DNA of 64,000 nucleotides, taken from the IMG/VR virus record IMGVR_UViG_3300028888_000125, positions 5,567 to 69,566 of that record. One strand, given 5' to 3'. Numbering within the stretch: position 1 is the stretch's first letter; the number at the start of each line of letters is the position of its first letter. The notes below the pieces were generated by a model. It was not told where the DNA came from. It did no database searches and worked only from the letters and a program-made list of their open reading frames with translations. This stretch comes from a virus (taxonomy: Duplodnaviria; Caudoviricetes). The translations under genes were made by a program, and so were the position numbers. Positions 37,160 through 45,934 of this stretch are shown here, piece after piece.

Positions 37160-39625
37160 ATGGCAAAAGAGTACGATGAATCTTCGATTCGGACCATGGA
37201 GCCGTTGGAGTACATTCGTCACCGAATGGGACTCTACCTGGACTCCAAGGATGTCTCCGCAGACACCCAGATTCTCAAGGAGTTGATTGATAACTCTTGT
37301 GACGAGTCTCTTGATCCAAAGAAACTCTATCACATTAAAGTCGTTATCTTCACGAACGATAATAAAACGTATCAGGCGGCGGTTATTGACCACGGTCGTG
37401 GTGTTCCGCTTAAGAAGCTGAAAGATGCTTATACGAATACTCAGACCTCTGGTAAGTTCTTCTACGATTACGGTGGAGCGACTACCGGTAGCTACGGTCT
37501 TGGTTCAAAAGTGACTGTCGCGTTGTCGACGCATTTCTTGGCATATTCGAAACGTGCGGATGGTTTTGCCTATTTGAAAGTGAAAGACCAGCACGTGGTG
37601 GACAATAAGGTTCTATCACCTCTCGACAAAGATGATTCGACGATTGGTACGACGGCATTCTACGTTCCCGATCCAACGGTTCTTCCCGAAACACGATCGT
37701 ATTTGTCCGATCCAAATGGTCTGGCCAAGACCATTGACACGTTGAACTTCATGGCGGCTATCAAACCGAACACGATTTTCACGGTCTACAAAGTCAACAC
37801 ACTTCTGGATCAGACATTCTTCGACAAATCTCCGATTGCTCAGTGGAAATATTTCCGTGATGTGACGGGAGAGGTGATCTATCAGAGCCCGTCGGATTTC
37901 AGTGTTGAAAAATACGTGATGACTCGGTTCGGTATTACGTGCCAAAAACCCGAATGGAGTCTGCATCTAAAGAACTCTGTTCGTAAAGAAGCTCAGACCC
38001 TTGAGTACGATATCCATCTCTTCGTATCAGATGGCAAGCGAAAGCAAACGGGACTGCTCGGTTCCGTCAATACCGTTTTGATTCAAACATCCGAATCCTA
38101 TCACTTCTCGGTTCTACGGGAAGTCCTGAAGAAACGGATTGCTCCGTATTTGGATGACACCGATGCTGATCTGATGGCATACTTTAGTACGACGTATGAT
38201 TTTCCCTTCTACGGGCATGTGGTTATCAGTTTCCTGGGTGCTGAGTATGTGACACAGACTAAGTCAATTTTCAAGGATCCTGCATTTGCAAGCATCTACA
38301 AGCACGACTTGAACAAACTGATTGACCAATCCGTTCCTGATGAAGTCTGGGGTCGTCTCTATGCGGCGATTGCAGACGATCTGAACGAACGATTCATCCA
38401 GGCGAACAACCGTGCTTTGAAGTTGACAGCAGGTCTCAAGAACATCGCCTATGACATGTCGAATCCCGACTGTTACACGCCGTGTCGCTCAAAGGATCCA
38501 ACCAAGACGGAACTGTTCATCACAGAAGGAAACTCCGCTGGTAATTCCGTCCGAAAAAATCGAGACGCCAATTACCAGGCCGTTTTCAGATTGCGTGGTA
38601 AGCCGATCAATCCGTTGACGGCATCCGCTGCAGAGCTCAAGGTGAACCGTGTCTATCAGGATCTCGTGCGTCTTATCGGTGTTTCTCCCAGAGATACGGA
38701 TTTGTCCCACATGAACTTCAATCGTATCGGTCTCCTAGCTGACGCTGATCCGGATGGTTACCACATCGTGGCTCTCCTTATCGGAACGCTCATGAAGATC
38801 AATCCGAGAATCATCATGTCAGGCCGAGTCTTCGTGGTCAATCCGCCATTGTACATTATCACGAACAAGTCGAACAATATCTTCATTCGTGATGCGAACG
38901 CTCTTCTGGATATTCGCTCGTCCATCTATCAGCGTATGCTGAAGATATCGGCGTATTATCCGTATACAAAGACATTCCATCAGCTCAACAAGAACGAATA
39001 TCGAGATCTTGTCTATTTCGTCAGACGGTATAGTGCTATCATGATGAATGTCTCGAAGCACCTGAACGTCGAGCCGCTCGTTATTGAAAAGCTGATTGAC
39101 TGCCTGCCCTACATGGAGCCAGGCAATATCAAGACGGAAGCTATCAAGAAGCATCTGAACTTGATGGATTGCCGGTATAACCAGACGTTGAACTCTCTCA
39201 TGCTCATCTTTGATGGTGGCGTTGAGAAGTCTGTTCAGCTCAATCGATTCAAGCCCGAAGTGGAAGCGTATGTCAAGCCCATGCTGGAGCGTTTTGGCTG
39301 GAGGCACTTTGTCTTAATCGCATCGTCCATCCTCTCTGGAGAAATCGACGAACGTCCTGTTTCGTTCATGATGTTGGATGATATTTTCAATGAAATTGAT
39401 CGGGTGTTCCCGATTCATCGATTTAAGGGTCTAGGTGAGTATTCCAACGAACAGCTTGAGAATACTTGTATCAATCCAATTACACGTTCAATATCAGTTG
39501 TGAAGGATATAGGCGATGTTCAATCTATCTATCAATGCCTGGGCGTGGATACGTCATATCGTAAGAGTCTGGTTAAAAAACAGCTACGGGATTTATTCCG
39601 AGAAGTTGATTCTGAAGCCGTCTGA
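37160..39625 (+). CDS. gyrB: Type II topoisomerase B subunit (GyrB/ParE-like) with TOPRIM insertion
   Basis: GHKL motifs ELIDNS.DE, DHGRGVP and GSYGLGS. TOPRIM motifs ITEGNSA, LRGKPIN, DADPDG and RFKGLGE. Confidence 0.9.
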   Translation: MAKEYDESSIRTMEPLEYIRHRMGLYLDSKDVSADTQILKELIDNSCDESLDPKKLYHIKVVIFTNDNKTYQAAVIDHGRGVPLKKLKDAYTNTQTSGKFFYDYGGATTGSYGLGSKVTVALSTHFLAYSKRADGFAYLKVKDQHVVDNKVLSPLDKDDSTIGTTAFYVPDPTVLPETRSYLSDPNGLAKTIDTLNFMAAIKPNTIFTVYKVNTLLDQTFFDKSPIAQWKYFRDVTGEVIYQSPSDFSVEKYVMTRFGITCQKPEWSLHLKNSVRKEAQTLEYDIHLFVSDGKRKQTGLLGSVNTVLIQTSESYHFSVLREVLKKRIAPYLDDTDADLMAYFSTTYDFPFYGHVVISFLGAEYVTQTKSIFKDPAFASIYKHDLNKLIDQSVPDEVWGRLYAAIADDLNERFIQANNRALKLTAGLKNIAYDMSNPDCYTPCRSKDPTKTELFITEGNSAGNSVRKNRDANYQAVFRLRGKPINPLTASAAELKVNRVYQDLVRLIGVSPRDTDLSHMNFNRIGLLADADPDGYHIVALLIGTLMKINPRIIMSGRVFVVNPPLYIITNKSNNIFIRDANALLDIRSSIYQRMLKISAYYPYTKTFHQLNKNEYRDLVYFVRRYSAIMMNVSKHLNVEPLVIEKLIDCLPYMEPGNIKTEAIKKHLNLMDCRYNQTLNSLMLIFDGGVEKSVQLNRFKPEVEAYVKPMLERFGWRHFVLIASSILSGEIDERPVSFMMLDDIFNEIDRVFPIHRFKGLGEYSNEQLENTCINPITRSISVVKDIGDVQSIYQCLGVDTSYRKSLVKKQLRDLFREVDSEAV

Positions 39626-39641
39626 AGAGGAGAAGAAAACC

Positions 39642-40463
39642 ATGTCCAATGTACCCATGCCAAATTTCACTGTAGAAGAAGAAGCCAAAGATCTCTTGGC
39701 TCAATTCTACTCCATCCGTGATCCGAAGATTGATCAGGATCCGTTGACTCCGACAAAGACGTGTCTGGAATACCAGATGGGACCGAAGTATTTCGACGTC
39801 CTGGCGGCGTATGCGTTGCAGTTAGGGGATCCGGACAATCACGATCCGAAGATCGTCCCGTTCGCCAACGAATTCGCTGTGGAGATGGTGCTCCGTGCCA
39901 ATAAGCGGTTGCACTTTGTCCCTGAGGACGGAGAGTCGAAGTTGACCACCTCCATCGAATCCTTGGTGAACAGAGGCGTGATGGGCAAGGTGACGTCCAG
40001 TCATATCGTCACACGCCTCATGTCCATGAAGGAAGACGAAGTCAACTTCTACTGGCTGATCATGTGCGCGTGTGTCTTTGCCATGTGGAGACCACGGGTC
40101 GAAATTGTTTACAAGATGCAGGCAAATGCGTATCTGACGTACGCGAATCGTTTCTTTACGGTTCCCGACGCAGGTCAGCAGGATTACAATCTGTATCTGT
40201 GTAACGATCGAGCTGGTTTTATGAAGTCTCTCCAGCATATCTTGAAACGTTATACAGTGGAATCCACGGTCAATGATGTGTCCAAGACACAGATGGAGAT
40301 GGTGGCAATCATGAGCCGCATCCTGATTGCTTTTACGTTGAGCCGAACAGCCGAAAAGGACGAATATCGAAAGCTTGGTATGGCATATATTACAAAGCTG
40401 AATCAGTTCTTCGCGAGCCGTATTCGATTCTATCAGAAAACCACACCAACGGAGATCAATTAA
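39642..40463 (+). CDS. Hypothetical helical protein
   Basis: ATG 39642 after GAGGAG; 273 aa. Confidence 0.65.
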   Translation: MSNVPMPNFTVEEEAKDLLAQFYSIRDPKIDQDPLTPTKTCLEYQMGPKYFDVLAAYALQLGDPDNHDPKIVPFANEFAVEMVLRANKRLHFVPEDGESKLTTSIESLVNRGVMGKVTSSHIVTRLMSMKEDEVNFYWLIMCACVFAMWRPRVEIVYKMQANAYLTYANRFFTVPDAGQQDYNLYLCNDRAGFMKSLQHILKRYTVESTVNDVSKTQMEMVAIMSRILIAFTLSRTAEKDEYRKLGMAYITKLNQFFASRIRFYQKTTPTEIN

Positions 40464-40465
40464 CC

Positions 40466-41038
40466 ATGGAAGAGGAAACGAAGAAATCACCCATCCCGAT
40501 CGTTTCCAGTCGAATCGTAACACCGATTCAATCGACTGACCAGGACGACGGGGCACTGGATTATGAACCCTTGAAACGGGAGGGTCAGCTTATTTTCACG
40601 CAGGAGGATGTCAACAACAGTATTTCTCCTCTGGATCATTTGCTGCGCTCTCTCTTTGTCAAGATGGGCGTCACGGATGCCTATTTCAACGCACGTCATC
40701 GGCAGTATGCAAACGACTTGCAGATGGACTTCCAAACGGCGACGAATGCGAAGAATAACTTGATGAAAGCTCTACGTAAAGGCGGTATCACATTCAGTCG
40801 TTTCATTGAAGCGCTGGTCAATGTGCTGCACCTTGTCATTCGAGATATCCGTTGGGAAGTTGTGGATGAGGCTGGTGAGGTCAAGATCATTGATCTGACG
40901 CACGGCTATGTCACCAAGGCGGAAGCGGATGAGATGGATCGGAAACGGGAAGAACAAAAGAAGAAACCTCTTACTCTCGATCCAACGATTATCAAGCTTC
41001 CAGAACATATCGAACTGGACGATGTTGTCAACTTGTAA
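40466..41038 (+). CDS. Hypothetical protein
   Basis: 190 aa, coupled to the upstream gene. Confidence 0.6.
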   Translation: MEEETKKSPIPIVSSRIVTPIQSTDQDDGALDYEPLKREGQLIFTQEDVNNSISPLDHLLRSLFVKMGVTDAYFNARHRQYANDLQMDFQTATNAKNNLMKALRKGGITFSRFIEALVNVLHLVIRDIRWEVVDEAGEVKIIDLTHGYVTKAEADEMDRKREEQKKKPLTLDPTIIKLPEHIELDDVVNL

Positions 41039-41096
41039 CAATTAGACATGTGAGTGTGTAGTGGAGTTAATCCACTGCACACTCGAAAGGAGGATT

Positions 41097-41759
41097 ATGA
41101 ACGTTTGCATTCAAATTCAGGAGAGTAGTTACTTCGAGAAATTCCCGGAAACGGACAAGATTGTCCAGTGTTTCAATCCTGATAACAAGAAGTGTATCAT
41201 TCCACTTTGCAATCTACAATCTTGGCAAAGTATCCGAAACAAGGATGTCCTGCAGGATGTGAAGACGAAAGTTCGTACGATTATTATTCGTGGCAATGTT
41301 AATGCCCTCAATGCACATGACGTGCAGTTGTTTTCTACGAAGCTGATGCATGAGTTCCCGAAGATTATCGACTGGACGACAGAAGGAAAAGGTTGCTTGA
41401 ACAGCTCTTGTCTTTCAGTGCAGCAGTTCAAAGCGGTTCTTTATCACGAGCCGATCATGTGTCTGCGGGAGATTACATATTTGGATTGTCATGTTGCCTA
41501 TGACAATGTGGGAAGAATGGTTGGAACAAAATGGGAGTGGATGGTTCGAGATTTGGCAGACGAGAAGTGGCCTCTTCGTTCCGAAGAAGAGTTGAAAATG
41601 GTTCCGACATCGAACAAGCAGGCACAGGAGGAATATGAGAGAATGCGCGAGTCGTGGCTGATGCGTTTGTTGGACACCTACGGAATACAGTCTCTTCGGA
41701 AGACGTTGGTTGTGTGGCCGGGATGGGAACTATATGCTAAGAAAGTAGATATGAAATAG
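41097..41759 (+). CDS. Hypothetical protein immediately upstream of the cassette array
   Basis: ATG 41097 after AGGAGG; 220 aa; no recognisable recombinase motif. Confidence 0.6.
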   Translation: MNVCIQIQESSYFEKFPETDKIVQCFNPDNKKCIIPLCNLQSWQSIRNKDVLQDVKTKVRTIIIRGNVNALNAHDVQLFSTKLMHEFPKIIDWTTEGKGCLNSSCLSVQQFKAVLYHEPIMCLREITYLDCHVAYDNVGRMVGTKWEWMVRDLADEKWPLRSEEELKMVPTSNKQAQEEYERMRESWLMRLLDTYGIQSLRKTLVVWPGWELYAKKVDMK

Positions 41760-41766
41760 AGGTTAG

Positions 41767-41806
41767 ACGTGGTAGACAGTAATGTCTACCACGTTTTTAT
41801 TTTTTT
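41767..41806 (+). terminator. Intrinsic terminator insulating the cassette array
   Basis: 12-bp stem ACGTGGTAGACA-GTAA-TGTCTACCACGT followed by a long T tract. Confidence 0.85.
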
Positions 41807-42759
41807 GGACGCCATCTACTTTTCTTGATGTAGATATCAAACTATCTCCATTCGGGGTAACCATTATCTTTGTAGTTCCTACACTTCCACTATTACCGGT
41901 AGTTATGGACCTATATACATTAGAGTAGCTGATACATCAGGACATCTGACAACAGGTAATACGGCTGGATCTACATCATCTGGCGTCCCTTGGACGCCAT
42001 CATCAATCCCTTGAGCTGAATGACGATTATATCCTCCTTGTACATTAACGTAAACAACTAGACTTCGTCCATTCGATCCTGTTTCAGCACTACCGGTAGT
42101 ACCTCTTACGCTGTACAGCAAATCACTCAGAGTGGTGGTTTCAGTGTTCGATACAACATAAGTTCCATCGATGGCGTCCTTTCAAGGGACGCCATTTTCT
42201 GTCAGATCTGCGTTTGTTCGATTGATCGTTAGAACACCTAAATTATTTGGTGCATACACTCTCCATTGATTAGTACTACCGGTGGTGGATCTGCTGTACT
42301 TATGTATAGAGTTGTTTCTCTAAGTACAAACGGAGAACACAACAGTCCTATGATACCTAGTTATGATTATGGCGTCCTATGGACGCCAAGATTGGAGACA
42401 GGCCTGACATTATTGTAGGGTATACCTCCAGATGGAGTAATATGATACAGAAAAATAGAACTACCGGTGAGCAATATCAAGGTGCTGGTCGCGTCAAGTA
42501 TGTTAGAACAAATGCGATATATGACTACGGTATACCTTTTACAGATAGTTATGGCGTCCACGGGACGCCATAGAGATAGTTCACAGACGAGAACGTTGCG
42601 TTCTCTCCAGCAGGAGTTGCAGAATGAACGTTAATCTTTAATGGAGCATAATTCTGACTTTGATTACCGGTAGTGATCAATCGACCTGGCGTCTCTATGC
42701 GGCTACAATTAATACATCGATTTCACCGTCGGCACAACCCAAGTCTCTCTATGGCGTCC
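41807..42759. repeat. Array of ten silent in-frame variable cassettes in alternating orientation, bounded by ACCGGT and TGGCGTCC sites
   Basis: ACCGGT at 41895, 42092, 42278, 42463, 42666. TGGCGTCC at 41981, 42172, 42370, 42552, 42752. GGACGCCA at 41807, 41992, 42187, 42381, 42563. All ten ACC-to-GGC distances are multiples of 3 and stop-free. Confidence 0.92.
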
Positions 42760-42824
42760 AGCCCCAAAATCATGATATGATTCCCCTGTCCATCATGTTA
42801 TCTGTACCGTAAGGAGGTACCGTT

Positions 42825-44249
42825 ATGCTGACTCATATGGCACAGATCTCCGAGACCCTGACCCACCTCATCAATCCTATCGCAGAGCAGGCCTGTCGGA
42901 AGATCCTCGACCAGCTCGCCCTTTCTGATGTCGTCGGACCCATGTTCCAGATGGTCTCGGACATTCGAGCTTCCTCCAAGTCCTGGGAAAGGCGTTTTAA
43001 ACCAAAGGTCAAATCCGAAACGTCTTTTAAAGGCGTCATTAAGTACAATCCTGTTTCTACAGGACTCAAGTACGATGTCTCCCTCCCTGGTCAGCACATG
43101 GATGCCCAGCTCATGCGCTCGGACACCTTTGTGACAAATCCTCTCTTCTTTGACCCGACACACAACATTGTTCTCTTCGAACGGTTCCACCCAGCCAACA
43201 TTCAGGTAGACTGTTCCTTGACGTTCATCGATCGCGTGCAAGGTTACGACGCCATTAACCGTTTTCATTCTCTCTTCAATCGCGGAGAGTATTTTCAACT
43301 TCAGGACTTCACGACAAACTATCCGTTACCGCCAGAACATCTTGTCGCTCTCAACAAATTAGCTAAGTTGGCTGGCATTGAAAAAGGCTGTTTTGGACAA
43401 TGGCTAACCGCCTGTTCGAAAGATCGTATCACGTGGGAGGCATCCAAGCGTCTCCGTAATAGGACTTACGAAGTCGTTGTCAAATATGATACGTTTGAGG
43501 CGATGGTTTACATCGACTACACTCCTGAAGCTCTACAGATCGATTCTCCTGGAAAGGCCCCGCAGAATCTTGTGCTGAACTTCCAGTTGACGATTCAGTT
43601 CTCCCGCCCTGACCGAATCTACATGCGCTATCCGATTGTCATTCACAATCAGCTCATCCCTGATTCTCTCATCACGTCGGATCGTAGAGATGCCTACAAT
43701 GACACGTATGACGTTTTGCACCATCGTTTCAAGGGAATTGACGAGGCGCACCAGATGTTCAAGGAGCACGCTCGGAAACCGAAACGTCTTCCCTGGTACG
43801 ATGACTGGCTTGTTCCTCGTTTCTCTTCGTTCCATGAAGAGGGTGCGGAGGCGTTTCTTATCGGAGTCGTCCTGCAGGACACGGAACCTGTCATGACAGG
43901 TAAACTAGAAGACCCGAAACCTCCAGAGTACACGACTGTTGATCTGACATCCGACATTGATAATTATTATCTTTCCACAGATGTCGTCGCTTATTTTGAG
44001 AAGAATCTACGGGATTGCCTAAAGCCAGAAGCTCTCTACAATATAGGGGTTTATATCGGTGACCGTCAGGTATCTCCTAACTGTCTCAAGTTTGACGGAC
44101 ATGTCCTCTCGATTCCTAATTCAATTTTTGACCATGACAAGATCTGTCGTCTCGTCCTTTCTCGCACACCGCCAAGAGCCGAGGGTAATAACCCCTGGTT
44201 CTTTGTGTTAAAATGTGTTATTGAGGTCGGAGACGTTGGACGTAAATAA
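42825..44249 (+). CDS. phiKZ-like virion structural protein (baseplate/tail region)
   Basis: 474 aa, SD AAGGAGG; FSRPDRIYMRYPIVIHNQLIP motif. Confidence 0.55.
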   Translation: MLTHMAQISETLTHLINPIAEQACRKILDQLALSDVVGPMFQMVSDIRASSKSWERRFKPKVKSETSFKGVIKYNPVSTGLKYDVSLPGQHMDAQLMRSDTFVTNPLFFDPTHNIVLFERFHPANIQVDCSLTFIDRVQGYDAINRFHSLFNRGEYFQLQDFTTNYPLPPEHLVALNKLAKLAGIEKGCFGQWLTACSKDRITWEASKRLRNRTYEVVVKYDTFEAMVYIDYTPEALQIDSPGKAPQNLVLNFQLTIQFSRPDRIYMRYPIVIHNQLIPDSLITSDRRDAYNDTYDVLHHRFKGIDEAHQMFKEHARKPKRLPWYDDWLVPRFSSFHEEGAEAFLIGVVLQDTEPVMTGKLEDPKPPEYTTVDLTSDIDNYYLSTDVVAYFEKNLRDCLKPEALYNIGVYIGDRQVSPNCLKFDGHVLSIPNSIFDHDKICRLVLSRTPPRAEGNNPWFFVLKCVIEVGDVGRK

Positions 44250-44261
44250 GTGAGGTGTCCT

Positions 44262-45872
44262 ATGGGATTAGTTCCAGCAGGCGGCGAAGCCGATATTCGG
44301 CGTGGCCCCCACATCGTACACAATCAAGATTGCTTCCGCAGTCCATCCGCAAAAGACGTTGATCTTATTCCGAAGACGGTCAAAGTGGCTCCTTCAGCTC
44401 AGCAACGACTACAGGAGGAAGATTGGGTCAAACGGACGAAAGACGGACTGCTCTCTACGGAAGTCCTTTCTACTGGTTCAGGCATAGATGATAACGCGTT
44501 GCTTGCCTACATTCAGGGCAACACGGTCACCTGTACCTACTACCATCGTCTTAACAACCTGTCGGAACAGGAAGCGGCTGAGATCGACTTCTCCTACATG
44601 CTCCATAATAACCACGTATCTTACCTGAAAATTAAGAATTTCCAGTTTAAGATGCAGGGTGAGATGAAGTATGAATACAATACGGATGATACGGCTTCCT
44701 CCATCACAGGCGAGGCAACGTTCTTTCCGTATTTCTGTCCCAATGTGGGTGACGTGTTTCTCTACCCCATGCACGATGGAACAGTCGGTCTCTTTGTCAT
44801 CTCTGAACCGCCTACTCGTTTATCCATTAAGCAAGCAACCGTCCACACGGCACCGTTCTACTGGATGAACGATCTGGAAGAAGATTGGCTCGAATGTCTG
44901 GAAGCTCGCGTTGAAGATGAAGCCACCTTCAATCTCGAGACTTATCTGACGACGAAGGGTGCTCTTTTGACGGATGCCGACGCGGATACGAAGGACCAGG
45001 CGGAACGCGCTCTTGCTCTCCTTCAACGCTACTACAACGAGACGTTCTATGATAAGTACCTCTATCGGTCTTACGTCAATACACATGACGTCTACGACCC
45101 GTACCTTGTAGAGTTCGTCCGTTCTATTTTCGACAGAAAGTACATGCCAGGTTACCCTGATCAGCTCCGTCCCGATCCAAAATATTGGAAATTGTCGTTC
45201 TGGGCGAAACTTCTGGATCCGGAGATGGTTCCAGACGAAATTATGGTCGACCGTTGTCATATCCCACTTGATGAAATCAACTATCGTACGGTTCATGTCA
45301 CGGCTTTAGCCGAGCATCTCTACGTTGAACTGGCGAAGGGGGCACCTTTCTGTTATCCGTTCTTTGCGATTCCAACGGAGTACGACAAGAACGACACGAC
45401 GATCCCCATGCAGATTACGCTCTACTTCCAACAGGGAAAGGTCCGTCCGAAGGTTCTTCTTCAGTTGGCAAAAGATGCGCTGACCATGGAACGCTGTGCT
45501 CGATTCTACTATATTCCGATTATCGTTTTTCTTTTGAAGCGTCTGGTCTCGGCTCTTGGCTCTGGTCAAGATATTGTCTCTGACGACGATGATGCACCGA
45601 CAGATAATACTACGGATGGAAATAATAATCTTCCATCCTGCTACGGTTGTCCATATGGTTGTGCTCATCGCATCAAGATGGATCGTGCCTGGTGGATGGC
45701 CCATCCGTTCAACTGGTGCTTTAATCGGCACGGCAGAGGACTGCCTCCATGTGGTGGTTCCTTTGCGAATGACCCGGCGGATGTCTCTCCTGTCATGCTG
45801 GATCGTCTCGGATCTCACTGGTATAAAGCGGTAGACGTGCTACCAGAAACACCTTACGAACACAGACCATAA
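44262..45872 (+). CDS. phiKZ-like virion structural protein
   Basis: ATG 44262 after GAGG. LLAYIQG...CTYY, YLKIKNF and PNVGDVF motifs. Cys/His-rich C-terminal tail. Confidence 0.55.
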   Translation: MGLVPAGGEADIRRGPHIVHNQDCFRSPSAKDVDLIPKTVKVAPSAQQRLQEEDWVKRTKDGLLSTEVLSTGSGIDDNALLAYIQGNTVTCTYYHRLNNLSEQEAAEIDFSYMLHNNHVSYLKIKNFQFKMQGEMKYEYNTDDTASSITGEATFFPYFCPNVGDVFLYPMHDGTVGLFVISEPPTRLSIKQATVHTAPFYWMNDLEEDWLECLEARVEDEATFNLETYLTTKGALLTDADADTKDQAERALALLQRYYNETFYDKYLYRSYVNTHDVYDPYLVEFVRSIFDRKYMPGYPDQLRPDPKYWKLSFWAKLLDPEMVPDEIMVDRCHIPLDEINYRTVHVTALAEHLYVELAKGAPFCYPFFAIPTEYDKNDTTIPMQITLYFQQGKVRPKVLLQLAKDALTMERCARFYYIPIIVFLLKRLVSALGSGQDIVSDDDDAPTDNTTDGNNNLPSCYGCPYGCAHRIKMDRAWWMAHPFNWCFNRHGRGLPPCGGSFANDPADVSPVMLDRLGSHWYKAVDVLPETPYEHRP

Positions 45873-45880
45873 TTCACAAG

Positions 45881-45907
45881 ACACCACGATGTTATGCATC
45901 GTGGTGT
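45881..45907 (+). terminator. Intrinsic terminator
   Basis: ACACCACGATG/CATCGTGGTGT stem plus T tract. Confidence 0.7.
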
Positions 45908-45934
45908 TTTCTTTCTATTTTACGGGAGTTGATT

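Noticed and set aside
37481-37491. ACTACCGGTAG in gyrB matching the cassette upstream site
   Set aside because: It encodes the ATP-lid TTGSYGLG motif and has no TGGCGTCC site 80-100 nt away, so it is likely coincidental.
41903-42573. ORF-track calls 41903-42121(-), 42367-42561(-) and 42379-42573(+) as genes
   Set aside because: They are chance extensions of cassette reading frames across neighbouring antisense cassettes, without convincing SD sequences.
41807-42759. Array as a CRISPR locus
   Set aside because: Conserved elements are only 6-12 bp and of two alternating types. Intervening segments are 80-100 nt and frame-constrained, and no cas gene is present in the window.
41807-42759. Array as DGR template repeats or integron attC cassettes
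   Set aside because: Cassettes differ at all bases and in length rather than only at adenines. No RT or integrase was recognised, and no RYYYAAC/GTTRRRY core sites bound the units.
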